In this document: positions 35,620-47,560 of the stretch, piece after piece
Numbering within the stretch: position 1 is the first letter of the stretch
Layout of the letters: each line of letters begins with the position of its first letter
Assembly: GCA_965644265.1 (NCBI GenBank)
Contig: OZ286462.1
Coordinates: 7,068,001-7,132,000, forward strand
DNA: 64,000 bases
Source of the DNA: Glycera tridactyla
Taxonomy: Eukaryota
Reading direction: 5' to 3'
Position numbers and translations under genes: made by a program
Notes under the pieces: model-generated
The model's input: the letters and a program-made list of their open reading frames with translations, nothing else
What the model was told of the DNA's origin: nothing
Database searches by the model: none

Positions 35620-38520
35620 TTACTGGTGCCAAGAATTTTGTGGTACATGGGTCTGAGGGTTCTGATTCATATTGAATGATTGTTGCTGGAAGTTGCTGTT
35701 TTGCTTATTACCAGATTGCCAGGAGGGGGGAGGGGGTCTTGTTGGACAAAAACCTCCATTGAGAGGAAGTGACATGAGAGCAGGGATGAAAGGTGGGGCA
35801 TTAGGTTGAAGTAAACTGTGATTGAGTGGACGAGGAGGGGGTTGCTGAGATTGATAGAAGCTGTAGTCATTCCAATGTGGGTTCTGGTTTTGAAACTGAT
35901 TCTGGCCTTGAATTGGATTGTTAAAGGTGTAAGAGTTACTCCAATTCGGATTATGATTGTGAGATTGAAGAGGATTGGCAAGGTTAAAAGGAGGTACTGG
36001 CGGCATTTGTGGCGGTTGGTGTTCCGATGCATGCGGTACCTGCGGGGCAGGGCAGGGGGCGGGGGTGACAGGGGTGGTTGCCTGCTGAGGTAGTATATCA
36101 TGAGTTGGTTGGACCACCTGCTCATGCTCCACATTTAGTGGAGGTGCGACATTATCAGTGGCAGTGACAGGATTTCCTTCACCTGGATGGTGGGTGGGGC
36201 CATTTTCAATCTTTTTATTGACTGTTTGGAGGATTCCACTTGTTACAACCTCTGGTTGACTGCCATAACCTCTTGTTGCCCAGATGACGCCGTCGTGGGT
36301 CCAAACTTTATTGAACACTCGACTGCGTCTGGCTTCACGAGCCTGATAGAAAAGTGCATTTTGGTTTGAAATCAAATATTCCTTCACAAAAATGTGAGAC
36401 CCACGGAAGGAGCCCTTGCGTTTCATGATTGCTCTCTTTATATCAACATCTTTAAACTTAATTAGCACAGGTCGCTGGCGTCTGCCATGTCTGCCAACAA
36501 AAGAGCATTTGATCACATCCCTTTCAGAAATAGTCAAACCAGTTTTGTCATTTAATGCATAAAGAACATTTTCAGTGATGGAAAAATAGGGGTTCATGTC
36601 AACCCCTTCTACCAACAAACAATTCAATCTCTCAGACATTTCGAGATTGTCAAATCGCCCTTCCCCTCGATCAAGACGACTTTCAGTTGTTTTGATGAAA
36701 TTGTGTACCAGAGATTCAAGTTTAGTGACTTGATCAAGGATACTTTCATTCATTACCACACCTTGCTGTGTCTGGGTGCTATGTGCTTGGTTTTCGGCAA
36801 CTGCAGTGGCATTTGAGGCTGTTGCGGTGGGAGGGGCAGCAGTTTGACGATGTGGGATTGACAACGACTTGACTTCCCTCTGTAAATGGACCACTTGGTG
36901 TTCAATCTTCGCCACATCTTTTGAGATTTCAGTTACCAGACTTTCACGGATGCGTGCTTCAGCAAGGTTAGTCTCTGATTTGATCACACCAAACATATTT
37001 TCATGCAGTTCACGACGAATACCATCTTTCAGTGATGTCAAAATGTGATCAGTAATGGTGAAGTCAGCCTGAGTAGAGGCATCTAGCTGAGATTGAGATG
37101 TGTACTGGGTTGAGGCTGACACTGAACAGCCAGAAATTTGTGATAAGTTATGTTCTTGGACAGAGAATTGGCTGGGCAAGGGGCTACGAGAAGGACTGCC
37201 TTGGCCTGGTGGTATGGGAACAGAAGACTCTATGGAGAGTGATGAAGGAGAGGTAGCGTTATCTCCAATGTTGGTGTTTTCAACGAATTCCATCATCGTG
37301 TTACTAATGTCGGAAAGTGCGCCTACATCATCAGGTGATTTGCCACCCGCCATGTCAGCTTGACCAGCAGAGGTAACACTTAATTGCGTGTCCTCACTTC
37401 GGTCAACAGCTGTTGAAATGGACTCGTCGGGGCATGACAATAGCGAGGGGAGTGAAACACATGATTGCTGGTCACTCTGTGGAGGTGAAGTGGAGTTCAT
37501 ATTCAGGCGTTTGGGACTACTAGATTCAGTAGTTGAGTCAGGTGAACCCCTAGCACGTTTACGAACAGGTGTGTTGCTAGTGCCGGTAGCAGAAAGATCT
37601 GAATGTGAGATAGGCGGGTCCAATAAGTTGACATATGGGTCATCTGCCTTATTTGGTGATAGTTGTGAGAGTATAGGATGTCTCCTACGATGACGTATCG
37701 GTGTGTTGATAATCACTACACTGCCATCAGATGTATAGCCCGATAGATCTTGGGAAGATGCCGCGGCGCCGGCAGCCTCGAAAACAAAAGGGGGCGGGGC
37801 ACCATCCATGCTGGGTAATTCGGATTCTTGTAGGAAAGTGATAACTGATGGTACTTCAGTTTCAGGCATTACACTAGTTGATGGATTCACAGGATCACCA
37901 TCACGTTTGATGTGTAGGTAGTTAAATTCCAGTTTTTTGATGACAACACTAGTAGGTTTAGGTAATTTCAGATCCTCATTCTTGAGTGGGCGGAGAGGAG
38001 ACAATTGGCGTACATCATCGGGTAGTAGAGAAGTGGCATCTTCACTACATAGTGGCGGTAAAGAAGACTGAGTCACTGAGACAGTGGCAGCACTGGAGAT
38101 GTGTTCAGGGACATTGACACGTAATGGTAGGAGAGAAGAGTTAACAATTTTAACACCACTATCACTGGCGAAACTATTCTGGGCATTCTGGGCACCTAGC
38201 ACCGATCGTAAGTCATTTGTAGCAACAGTGGAGATTGAACGTTTCCTAGACAAATGCTGCAAGCCTCCATGATTAGACGAGCTTACGCGTGTCGGCGTGT
38301 GCGGGAGGCAGTCACCCGTACCCTGCTCGCTAGACTGGGGGAGGTCACAAGTGTCTCTAGGGCTTGATGTCGGTGACTGGGTAGCAACAGGGTAAACAAA
38401 CCCAATATCACCCAACGATTGTTCATTAGGGCTGGTGAAAAAGGAATTGAACGAGAGAGAATTGAGAAAGTTCCCACGACCCAACCTACGTCTCCCGGGG
38501 TTCTTGAGTATCTTATCCAT
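35620..38520 (-). CDS. LINE ORF1 (966 aa; coiled coil + RRM-like ORF1 core, long disordered arms)
   Basis: DNLEMSERLNCLLVEGV...RPVLIKFKD...IFVKEYL...VWTHDGVIW is the ORF1 core typical of CR1/L2-group LINEs. Uninterrupted ORF. Confidence 0.85.
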   Translation of the reverse strand: MDKILKNPGRRRLGRGNFLNSLSFNSFFTSPNEQSLGDIGFVYPVATQSPTSSPRDTCDLPQSSEQGTGDCLPHTPTRVSSSNHGGLQHLSRKRSISTVATNDLRSVLGAQNAQNSFASDSGVKIVNSSLLPLRVNVPEHISSAATVSVTQSSLPPLCSEDATSLLPDDVRQLSPLRPLKNEDLKLPKPTSVVIKKLEFNYLHIKRDGDPVNPSTSVMPETEVPSVITFLQESELPSMDGAPPPFVFEAAGAAASSQDLSGYTSDGSVVIINTPIRHRRRHPILSQLSPNKADDPYVNLLDPPISHSDLSATGTSNTPVRKRARGSPDSTTESSSPKRLNMNSTSPPQSDQQSCVSLPSLLSCPDESISTAVDRSEDTQLSVTSAGQADMAGGKSPDDVGALSDISNTMMEFVENTNIGDNATSPSSLSIESSVPIPPGQGSPSRSPLPSQFSVQEHNLSQISGCSVSASTQYTSQSQLDASTQADFTITDHILTSLKDGIRRELHENMFGVIKSETNLAEARIRESLVTEISKDVAKIEHQVVHLQREVKSLSIPHRQTAAPPTATASNATAVAENQAHSTQTQQGVVMNESILDQVTKLESLVHNFIKTTESRLDRGEGRFDNLEMSERLNCLLVEGVDMNPYFSITENVLYALNDKTGLTISERDVIKCSFVGRHGRRQRPVLIKFKDVDIKRAIMKRKGSFRGSHIFVKEYLISNQNALFYQAREARRSRVFNKVWTHDGVIWATRGYGSQPEVVTSGILQTVNKKIENGPTHHPGEGNPVTATDNVAPPLNVEHEQVVQPTHDILPQQATTPVTPAPCPAPQVPHASEHQPPQMPPVPPFNLANPLQSHNHNPNWSNSYTFNNPIQGQNQFQNQNPHWNDYSFYQSQQPPPRPLNHSLLQPNAPPFIPALMSLPLNGGFCPTRPPPPSWQSGNKQNSNFQQQSFNMNQNPQTHVPQNSWHQ

Positions 38521-38769
38521 AGTATCGCATCAGGTCGAATCTCCAGAGATATCCCAAAGCCACTAAATAAACGACAAATGCTCTCCCCTTCTCACAGGTG
38601 TTACTCAGCGTCGGCCATGTTAAATCCATTTGAAGTCATGTACAGCTCAGTAGCACTGGTGGCCCGGATATACACAATGCAGGCAGGGTAAAATTGAATG
38701 ATGAAGTTCACGTAGCACATCCGGCACACGGAGCAGACGATGCAGGTCGCAACAACACAGCAACCGGAA

Positions 38770-39600
38770 CAGGCAGCACAAATAAAGAGCAGGCGTGGCA
38801 GCAACAGCACAGCACGAGATCCAGCACAATATACAGGTACATGACATCAAACACTTTCTATCAACCGTAAAGTCAGCAGGGAAATTCTCAAGGCCGCAAC
38901 GGCACTTCAAGATGGCGTGGCACGCAACGCACCCTCTTGTTCAGCCATCATGAGCCCAACTGGTTCCAAATAAGTCACATAAATTCTTCAATCATAACAT
39001 CAAACACTCCGGATCATATGCAGGGGTTTCCTCGAGGCCGCAACGACACTTTAAGACGGCGTGGCGCGCAACGCACCCTCTTGTTCAACCATCACGAGCC
39101 CTAACAGGCAGCACAAATAAACAGCAGGCGTGGCAGCAACAGCACAGCACGAGATCCAGCACAATATACAGGTACATGACATCAAACACTTTCTATCAAC
39201 CGTAAAGTCAGCAGGGAAATTCTCAAGGCCGCAACGGCACTTCAAGATGGCATGGCACGCAACGCACCCTCTTGTTCAGCCATCATGAGCCCAACTGGTT
39301 CCAAATAAGTCACATAAATTCTTCAATCATAACATCAAACACTCCGGATCATATGCAGGGGTTTCCTCGAGGCCGCAACGACACTTTAAGACGGCGTGGC
39401 GCGCAACGCACCCTCTTGTTCAACCATCACGAGCCCTACCAGTTCCAAACAGGTCACAGAAATTCTTCCACAATTTAGCCACTTCGGCTTCACTAATACA
39501 CTAGTCCCATTGAGTAAGTACGGAGTTCCCAGCGGCCGCAACGGCGCAGACGGATGGCGTGGTGTGCAACACACCCTCATATTCAGCCATCCCGAGGCCT
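38770..39600 (-). repeat. LINE 5' UTR tandem monomers (2 x 335 bp; five copies of a ~65-bp core)
   Basis: GGCCGCAAC core at 38892, 39036, 39227, 39371 and 39534. Confidence 0.85.
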
Positions 39601-42600
39601 ACATTCTCTAGAAAGTCACAGGAGTCCTCCTGCATCTCAGACATCCATTTCCACAGTTATTTGACAATAGCAGTGTTCCGCACTGCACTAGACATTTTCA
39701 AACATGATGACAGCGAGAATGACATTAAAAGGAATGAGTGGAATTGATGATGAGTGAGGAGATGGTGTGAAAGATGAGAATGAAATGAAATGGTCTTCCA
39801 GAAGAATGTGATTGTATGAAAGATGAGGATGAAAGGAAATGGTCTTCAGAAGAGTGTGATCGTATAGAAGATGAGGATGAAAGGAAATAGTTTTCTAGAT
39901 GAATATAATGATGTGATAGATGAGGACAAAATGATATGGTCTTCTAGATGGTATTTCAAGTACAAAGATACTGGGGCGCATGTCCAAAATGTGATCCAGA
40001 GTCTCAGGAGCAGCATGCTGGATGGCATGCTATTTCTGCTATGACAGGGGACCAGATTTTGGCATATGAGGAGCCTTTGAAATGAGATGATGAGATGATT
40101 GAGTCATTATAGAAAGAGTAGAGAAGAAAGAGTGTGAATGAGGTACCGGTAAGTGATTGCATTCAGAGATGATTCAAGAGGGTGAGAAGTTACTCTAGGA
40201 GGAGTGGTTCAGTAGTAGACAATGATGAGAGCTTCCTGAGTGGTTGAAGAATTTCTCCAAGCCTTAATAAAAGGCTATGAATTTTCACTGAGATCAGTTT
40301 TGAATATTTACAAATTTGTGGTGAAGATCAAGGCTGGCAATCACAGAGCTATCTAGTTTCACCTTGAAAGGTCATAATTTACGTTCTCTGACTCCAACGA
40401 ATATCTCTGCTTCACATCAGAATATTTCTGGTGGTTATGATCAATATGGATTGATCAAGGAAGTTGGATCTTTTTCAAAGCCTATCAATTGATATTATGT
40501 GACAAAGTAAAATATGAATATCAAACCTTGATTATAAAGAAGATGTAATGCGTAAAGACTTTAAAGTGAAGATGAATCATATGAAACAGGAAAATGAGAT
40601 CAAAGAGTCAGTGAACAATGTTATCTGTGTTCTCCACTGACTTTAAATAAAGCTTATTATTAACATCAGCCTGAGTCAAGTTCAACGATTTCACAAGGAG
40701 TACTTGCAGATCTTATTCCACGATCATACAAGAATGCAGATAAGTGCCAGTTTCTCCAAATTAAGCATGGGATGATAAATTTTCGACTGTATATATTACG
40801 ACATGCGACTCAGGTATGAAACTAGCATGAAATGAATAGACACAATTAGTTGCCTAAATATCAGTCACAACTTAAGCATTTAACACTCCATTTATATTTC
40901 ACATATATCTATCATAAGTTTATGCTCATCTCTTATAATGTGTTCGTACACAAATTCAAGTAGTTATGCTCATTTTCTAGAGTATTGAATTTGTCATTTC
41001 ATGAGTTAGCACAAATGATCACTAATGGACTGAATAGTAGATTGGTCTGCAGTCCCAACAGCTGCTTTGTAAGTGCAACCCATAAATGGAACAAGTGACC
41101 TATAAGGTCTGGCTAGGGAGATGAACAGAAGATACTTGGCAATGGATGCCTCCATTTACTCAGCTTTTATGTATAGACATTTCATTGCTCGGTACATGTA
41201 TGTTTGAAGAAATCATGAATTTTAGCTTCTTGCCATTTATCAAACAGAAAAGTTGGAGATTTTTAATGCATTGCTATCATAAGATTATTTCCTACAGGCA
41301 TACATTCTAGAAACTGAACTGTTCGGAATTGAACTGCTTCTTTCCAATTGGAACAGCAATCCCCATTATATGAATTTTGTTTCCCATCCAATAGGACAGG
41401 TGCAATTGTAATTGACCTGCCTCCCCAGAAACAATTTCAATTAACCCTGGAGCAAGTGAGTGACTGTCTGATGTGCATCTAGGCAAGTGTTGATATTGAA
41501 GTAATCTACTAATACATGTTTCTCATCAGTAAGTGAGTAGCCACTGTAACCTCATGATGGACTAACTGTACAGGTGTTGCCAGCTGAGATATGATGATGG
41601 GAACAACGGATTAGTCAGCATGGCTATTTCCATCAAAGTGCTAGCATACATAATTTTCACTATTTAGGCACCAGGCTGTGGCTGAATGAATTATTCAGGA
41701 TGGTATGATTGAATAGAATGTGAAATAATCTTGGATTCATGATTGTGTCAAACACTGATTTCATATTTGTCTTCTATTCTGATCCCAGAGTTTCAATAAT
41801 TTCCTAGAATACCAGGTTATCTCACCTTAATCCTATTATTATGAAATTATTTCAGTCTTGGAGTTCAATTGAACATTTTTTGTTGTTGATTATATTATAC
41901 ATGCAAATGTGAATTCAATATTGCCAGTATTCTGCTTATCACATCTGTATACTTCAAGTTCATGATCTTGGCTACATGCTAGACTTATTATGGCTCAATA
42001 AATGCATCAGTGACTGAGCTGGTGGTAGATATTAGCTTCCACAAATTTGACACTGCATAGTTGTATTGTCAAATGTTAATTTCTATTGCAAATGCCATGA
42101 TCACTCCAAACTGAAGGTTGTCAAGTGATTGGAAGAAAGGGGATTGATAAAAAAAAATTAAAGTGAGATGGGGGAAGCCAGTGGGGTAAACAACACATTC
42201 AAGTTAGAAGCCCTGAACATGACAAATGAGAGGATTTGTAGTATACAACTCAATTTGGACCTGTTCTGTAGAACTAATATGGCTTTTGACAGCAACATGG
42301 TGTATATATCTCTCGTAGCCCATACTTGCTCATATTCCCATATTCAATTTTAGGACTTTCAAAAATTTTAAACAGGTTTGATCATAATAGAAAATGAATA
42401 CATATATGCCAATAGGTCCCATTTCCTCAAGCAATGAATAAAATCATGTATCAGCACCTTCCATAGTATATTTTTTTTGCCAGGTACTAAGCACATGTTT
42501 GCATGTAAGTACATGGATCAAATGTTCAATAAAAGCTGCGCAAATATAGATTCCATAGACTTAAGTCCTATGTGGCATGAAGATCATCGAAAGATGATGC

Positions 42601-44358
42601 CATAATCTGAGTGTAATCATTATTTTATTTTCAAGAAGTGTTCCACTAAATTCATAATCTTTTGAGGAATGCCAGGTGTAGCCTGACTGATCTATGTGGT
42701 ACAAGGCATGGCAATTTGAAAGGGGGGCACACATGACCATTCATGATGTGATCGAGAGGCACAAGCAGTTCAGGGCATTTTGATATCATTATATAGGTTG
42801 GGTCGAAATAAAATAAAATAACACACTATTGCAACAATGTGCCTTTAGATCCCATATGATTCCCATTATAAGAGAATCCATGGCAATCTATACATGATTC
42901 ATATGGACATCTGATCAAATAACTCAGTTTTGTTTGTTAAGATAATTTCTAGTACACCCCAAATCATTTCCAAATACATATATCAAATAGATTCAATTGT
43001 AGTATTCAGAATGACCAATGCATGAATACAGGTGATGATTCATAGTCTGAGGAGAATGTTCAACAGCAACTAGATTTGGTATGTCTCAATATGGGATTCA
43101 TCTTACTACAGACAGTCTCTGTAGGTGAGGATTACACTGTTCATGTAAAGTATGACACATCTCAAGTGGTTGTACTACAGTTTATCCATTTACTAATACA
43201 TGTGTTGACTAACAGGTTCTCTTGTATTCAGACAAAATGGGAAAATAACATGATTTACAAAACAATTTTGATGTGGCTGAATATTTCATAAATACAATAT
43301 TCAATCTGCTTGTGATTGCCAGTGCACACAGGGTCATCTGATTTTGATGTTCATTCAGTGAAATGTAGGTGATCAAATATATATGTGTTTCACAAAAAAA
43401 TTCACATGATTGTCCACATGATTTTTGAGCATGGTCTAAGTACCATGTAAAGTGGTACGATGTATGAAAGAAAGAAAAAGATTGAATCTGGTTGCAAAAG
43501 GGTAGCTGACATAAGTTGCAAAAGCAAGTGACCCCATGCAACAAAAATGAGATGAATTGGTTCAGATTTTAGAAACAAACTATTCTATGCACAACCTAGC
43601 ACAGCAGATATTTTCTGTAACTATGAGAATCAGAACCAAAAATACATCACGAATGATTTTCATTCACCACATGAAATTAATGTTCAAGAGTGAAAAATGA
43701 AAAAGTCAACTTAATTTCATTGATAAATTGGAGCCAAGGAAAATCAGTTTTTATCCATTGATTTGGAGACTTTTTCGATTGTTCTTGATGAATTCAGATA
43801 GGTTGTGCTGTAAAAGTGATATATCAGCAAAGAGTGTGTAAGTACTCTTTACCTCTACACTGAAGGTCTACTGATTTCAATAATTTTGAAGGAATATTAA
43901 ATTTGTTGTAATGGTACTATAGTATTTGATGAGTGAACCAAAGGTGAACTGATTATAATCTTACATTATGATGTGAAAACCAATTTCTACCATACCTCCT
44001 TCCATTTGATTCAAAATTATTGATAAAGGAGTGAGCTGAGGTTAGGTCATGATAGGTGGTTAGAGACAGGGTTTGCTGAGTGAAACAAAATGAGACAAAA
44101 ACAAGATGAGATGACTCAAGATGGATAAAAAGAGCTTGTGAAATGATCATGAAGTGAAGGCCAGTCATCAGTAGTCCAATTTTACTTTAGCACAGAATCT
44201 ATGTGGAAACATCAATCTGAGATACATGAGGTAAACATGCGACTCACCAGAGGACAGCCATGGGAGGAGAATTGGCTGGTTGTAGAGAGACTTCATGTTG
44301 TTTACTTGTTGCTTCTCAAAACCACAGGTTCTCTTTACCCTGGTGATCACGGCCCAGT

Positions 44359-45745
44359 TGAAGGGTGGTTTTTGGGCACACCTTCTAGGCAAGACAAAAC
44401 TCTTGTATGAAATACATTCTACACTTTGATGACAGGACACAAGTCCACAGTCAGTGCAGGGATAGCTCCTGATGGAGATGTTGTCAGGTTGAAGACCAAA
44501 GAGAGAAGACAATGGGTGAGCAGCGTCACCCAGTTTAGTCAATCAGCCAGGCCACATCAGAGCATCAGCAAACTACACATGCATGTTCCATGGCATGGAA
44601 ATATCAACAGCTTAACTATAACTTCATATGGTTACAAAGATGTTCAACAACAAAGCAGATGCAAAAAGGGATGTTAAATGAAATGACATCAATAATCAAG
44701 GATGTATAGGATGAGTAGAGTAAGAAAACATACAGTATGAATTAACAATATAAAGGTATTTATCAAGGGTGGTATGGATAGAATAGGGAGAATTCCATAT
44801 GGTAGGAACATGACTGCATGAGCAAGGTTGGAGGAGTTGGAGGTGGGGATAGGGGTGGGGGTGGTCATGGGCAATTATCAGTCAGGTACAGAGCTAAAGA
44901 AAGGCTAGAGTGGTAAGTTTTCATGGACAATAAGGGGATGTCAAACAATGGGTTGTAAACATGGCTGTTGAGTCCGCCATAATGCAACGTATGCAAGAGT
45001 GGATACATTTGGAGTGGAGGAGAACACAACAGAGCAGAATTGACTTTTAACAGGGACTTCCTGGTTGTAGTCCACGTGATGGGAAACATGTATGTTGTAC
45101 ATGTATATGTATGAGACTGACTGACTGAAACACAGGCTAGGCTTATCTCATTTTTCCATTGACAGACAGACAGACACACAGACAGACAGACATACAGACA
45201 GACACACATACTGTAGGATGGGAGTGATTGGTTGGTGGCCGGTAACTGGCTGGTAAATTGATTGATTGCTTGATGGTGGATGATGGATGACTAGATTGAT
45301 TGATTGATGACTTGACTGGTGGATTGATTGGTGGTGAAGGATGATGACTGGATTGATTGATGGTGAAGGATGATTGACTTGACTGATTGATGGTGGATGA
45401 CTTGAGTGATCATAGGTGATGGATCTCTTGATTGATTTATGAATTTATTATTATATTATATGACTGTTGAAGGGATGGATGAATGACTTGATTGATAGAC
45501 GAATGCGATTGGATATATTGGGTATAGCTGATGGATGAATTCATTGATTGATGGATAAGTTGATTGATTGATTGATTGGCAAATGATATTGGTTGATAAA
45601 TGGTAGATGACTTGATTGATTGATGGATGAATGAGTTGCATGATGACTTGCTGGATGATAGATAGTGATCAGGGTAGATGATATAATTGGCTGTGAAATG
45701 AATGAATAGTTGTTGGGATAGACACACGTCAAAAACATGATTACA
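44359..45745 (-). repeat. 5' LTR (1387 bp)
   Basis: Direct repeat of 27556-28942, followed on the minus strand by the PBS-like sequence. Confidence 0.92.
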
Positions 45746-45749
45746 ACTT

Positions 45750-46640
45750 GAAGGAATGGCTGTTGGGGCTCACCCTCTGATTTCATCAGTTATCAAAGGG
45801 GTGTTCAATACTAATCCTCCTCAAAAATCATTGTTTCCCAGTTGGGATGTAAATGTGGTGTCAGAGTTCCTTGCTAAGGACCCTATGTTTCCATTAGAGT
45901 TGTGTTCAATGAAATATCTAAGCTGGAAAGCTTGTTTTCTAATAGCATTGGTGTCTTTCAGAAGGGCTGATGATATTTCTAAACTTTCAGTGGTCAATAA
46001 CAAATGTGTCATCACATCTGAGAAAGTTATTCTGATCCCTGATGCTTTGCTCAAGCAAGATAGACAATCGCATTTCTGTGTACCAATTGAAATAGAATCA
46101 TTTCAGGATAAAGCTTTGTGCCCAGTATACACACTGAAAACCTACTTGGAAAGGATTGAGCCATGCAGGGGTGGTATACAAAGTCTTTTTGTGACAATGA
46201 CAAAACCATATCATAAACCTACAGCACAAACTATCTGTAGATGGATTGTTGACACTATCAAGTCAGCTTATGAAAGAGATTCCCAAGATTTGGGAGAAGT
46301 CACAGGCCATTCTTGCAGGGCTTTAGGCCCTTCCTTTGCTGAATGTAAGGGGTTGTCGGTGCTAGACATTATGCGAGTGGCTGATTGGGCATCATCAAAC
46401 ACATACATCAATCATTATAGAAGATGCATGACTGATGTTTCTTCTGTTTTGCTCTCTTGCAGAAGCTCTAACCAGTAGAGCGGATTCATGCTCTAGATAG
46501 TGTATCTACGTTGTCTACTAATATTGAATTTACTGGAGGGTCGACGAAGACCTAGAAGATTAACATCCTGGGGAAGGAATTACTAAGATACAAATTTGGT
46601 GAATCTATATTTTGGATATCACGAGGTGACCACATCTAGG
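45750..46640 (+). mobile_element. DIRS-type retrotransposon A, right part (tyrosine recombinase C-terminus + 3' end)
   Basis: ORF 45756-46478 has FRRADD (R), GHSCR (HxxR), ADW and HY catalytic positions. It continues in frame from HHPPV (27555) to EGMAVGAHP (45750). The right boundary is approximate. Confidence 0.9.
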
Positions 46641-47470
46641 AAGAGGCACATCATGGAAAACTGGGAGAAAACTACCTGATCAAGGTTAGTATGTTCCCAT
46701 CTCCAATAGCATATTACTGCTTTGATATTTTGATTCATATAATAGCTATGTTCGGGTAAGGAGACGAATGAAATGAAATTTAAAAATTTGGAATAATTTT
46801 GGATTTTATGAATGAGGATACTAACCCGAGCATAGCTACTCAGCCCACCTGCCTCCCCACAAAATACTTGATCATTTATAACGTGGTGGATCGAAAGGAA
46901 CTGAGGTTTCTGTTGTTGTCATGTGATCATTAGGCGGGAAGCAATGCATGCTTGGAGATCTCGTTCTAGACAAGAGTTCTTTTCTTTCACGCATCGCGCT
47001 TATTTCCGCTCATTTGTTGTCCCAATTGAAAGGAAATTCATATAGTGGCTATGTTTGGGTAAGTACCCTCATTCATAAAATCCAAAATTATTCCTAATTT
47101 TTAAAATTTGGCTCACAATATCTCGAGATCTACTGATCCAATTCATTTCATCTTTTTTTAAATGTTCTTAGTTTGGACAAGATCTTCACAATGAACTCAA
47201 AAATAAAGCTTTTTGCACAAGATGAATTTTTGGCCTACACACTCCAGCTGACAGTGTGTGTGGTTGGAGAAGGTGTTTTCTCTTATTCACCGGTTGCTCA
47301 CTTCTACGATGGACTGAAGAGAGTAGCCTCATCGCCACACATTCCGTCAGCTTCTGTGTCGAGGTCAGTGCCAGGTTGCTGAAGCATTTCCGGTTGACGT
47401 GGGTGTGTCTTGGGATCCGACCCTCCTGTTTCAGATTTTCCGGTCACAAGTCACAAGCAGGATCGCAATA

Positions 47471-47560
47471 ATGCCGAAAGAAAGCTTGAAGGACAAGGTA
47501 GAAGGGAATGAATTGGATTTGAGCTTGAGCGAGCTCGCGGTTATTCCCGTGAAGGAGCTG
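47471..47560 (+). CDS. LRRC59: LRRC59 exon 1
   Basis: MPKESLKDKVEGNELDLSLSELAVIPVKEL matches the LRRC59 N-terminus (GNELDLSLS..VPVKEL). Donor GTAAGT. Confidence 0.93.

Larger units (their letters stand above)
30081..39644 (-). mobile_element. Full-length CR1/L2-group LINE (Crack/Daphne-like)
   Basis: ORF1 plus APE-RT ORF2. The 3' end has AATAAA followed by (ATTCTGT)n at 30081-30110. Candidate TSD CCATTT at 30075-30080 and 39645-39650. Repeated 5' UTR monomers. Confidence 0.88.
27556..45745 (-). mobile_element. LTR retrotransposon (Gypsy-like, non-autonomous/decayed interior) inserted into the DIRS YR gene
   Basis: Two 1387-bp direct repeats with TG...CA ends. TSD AGTT (27552-27555) / ACTT (45746-45749). 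Minus-strand PBS-like TGGGCCGTGATCACCAGG at 44339-44356 resembles the tRNA-His complement. PPT GATGAGGAGGAG lies next to 28943. A weak integrase-like remnant is at about 41980-42110. Confidence 0.88.

Noticed and set aside
38890-39600. Regularly spaced repeats resembling a CRISPR array
   Set aside because: The intervening sequences are themselves duplicated, the context is a eukaryotic LINE 5' UTR, and there are no cas genes.
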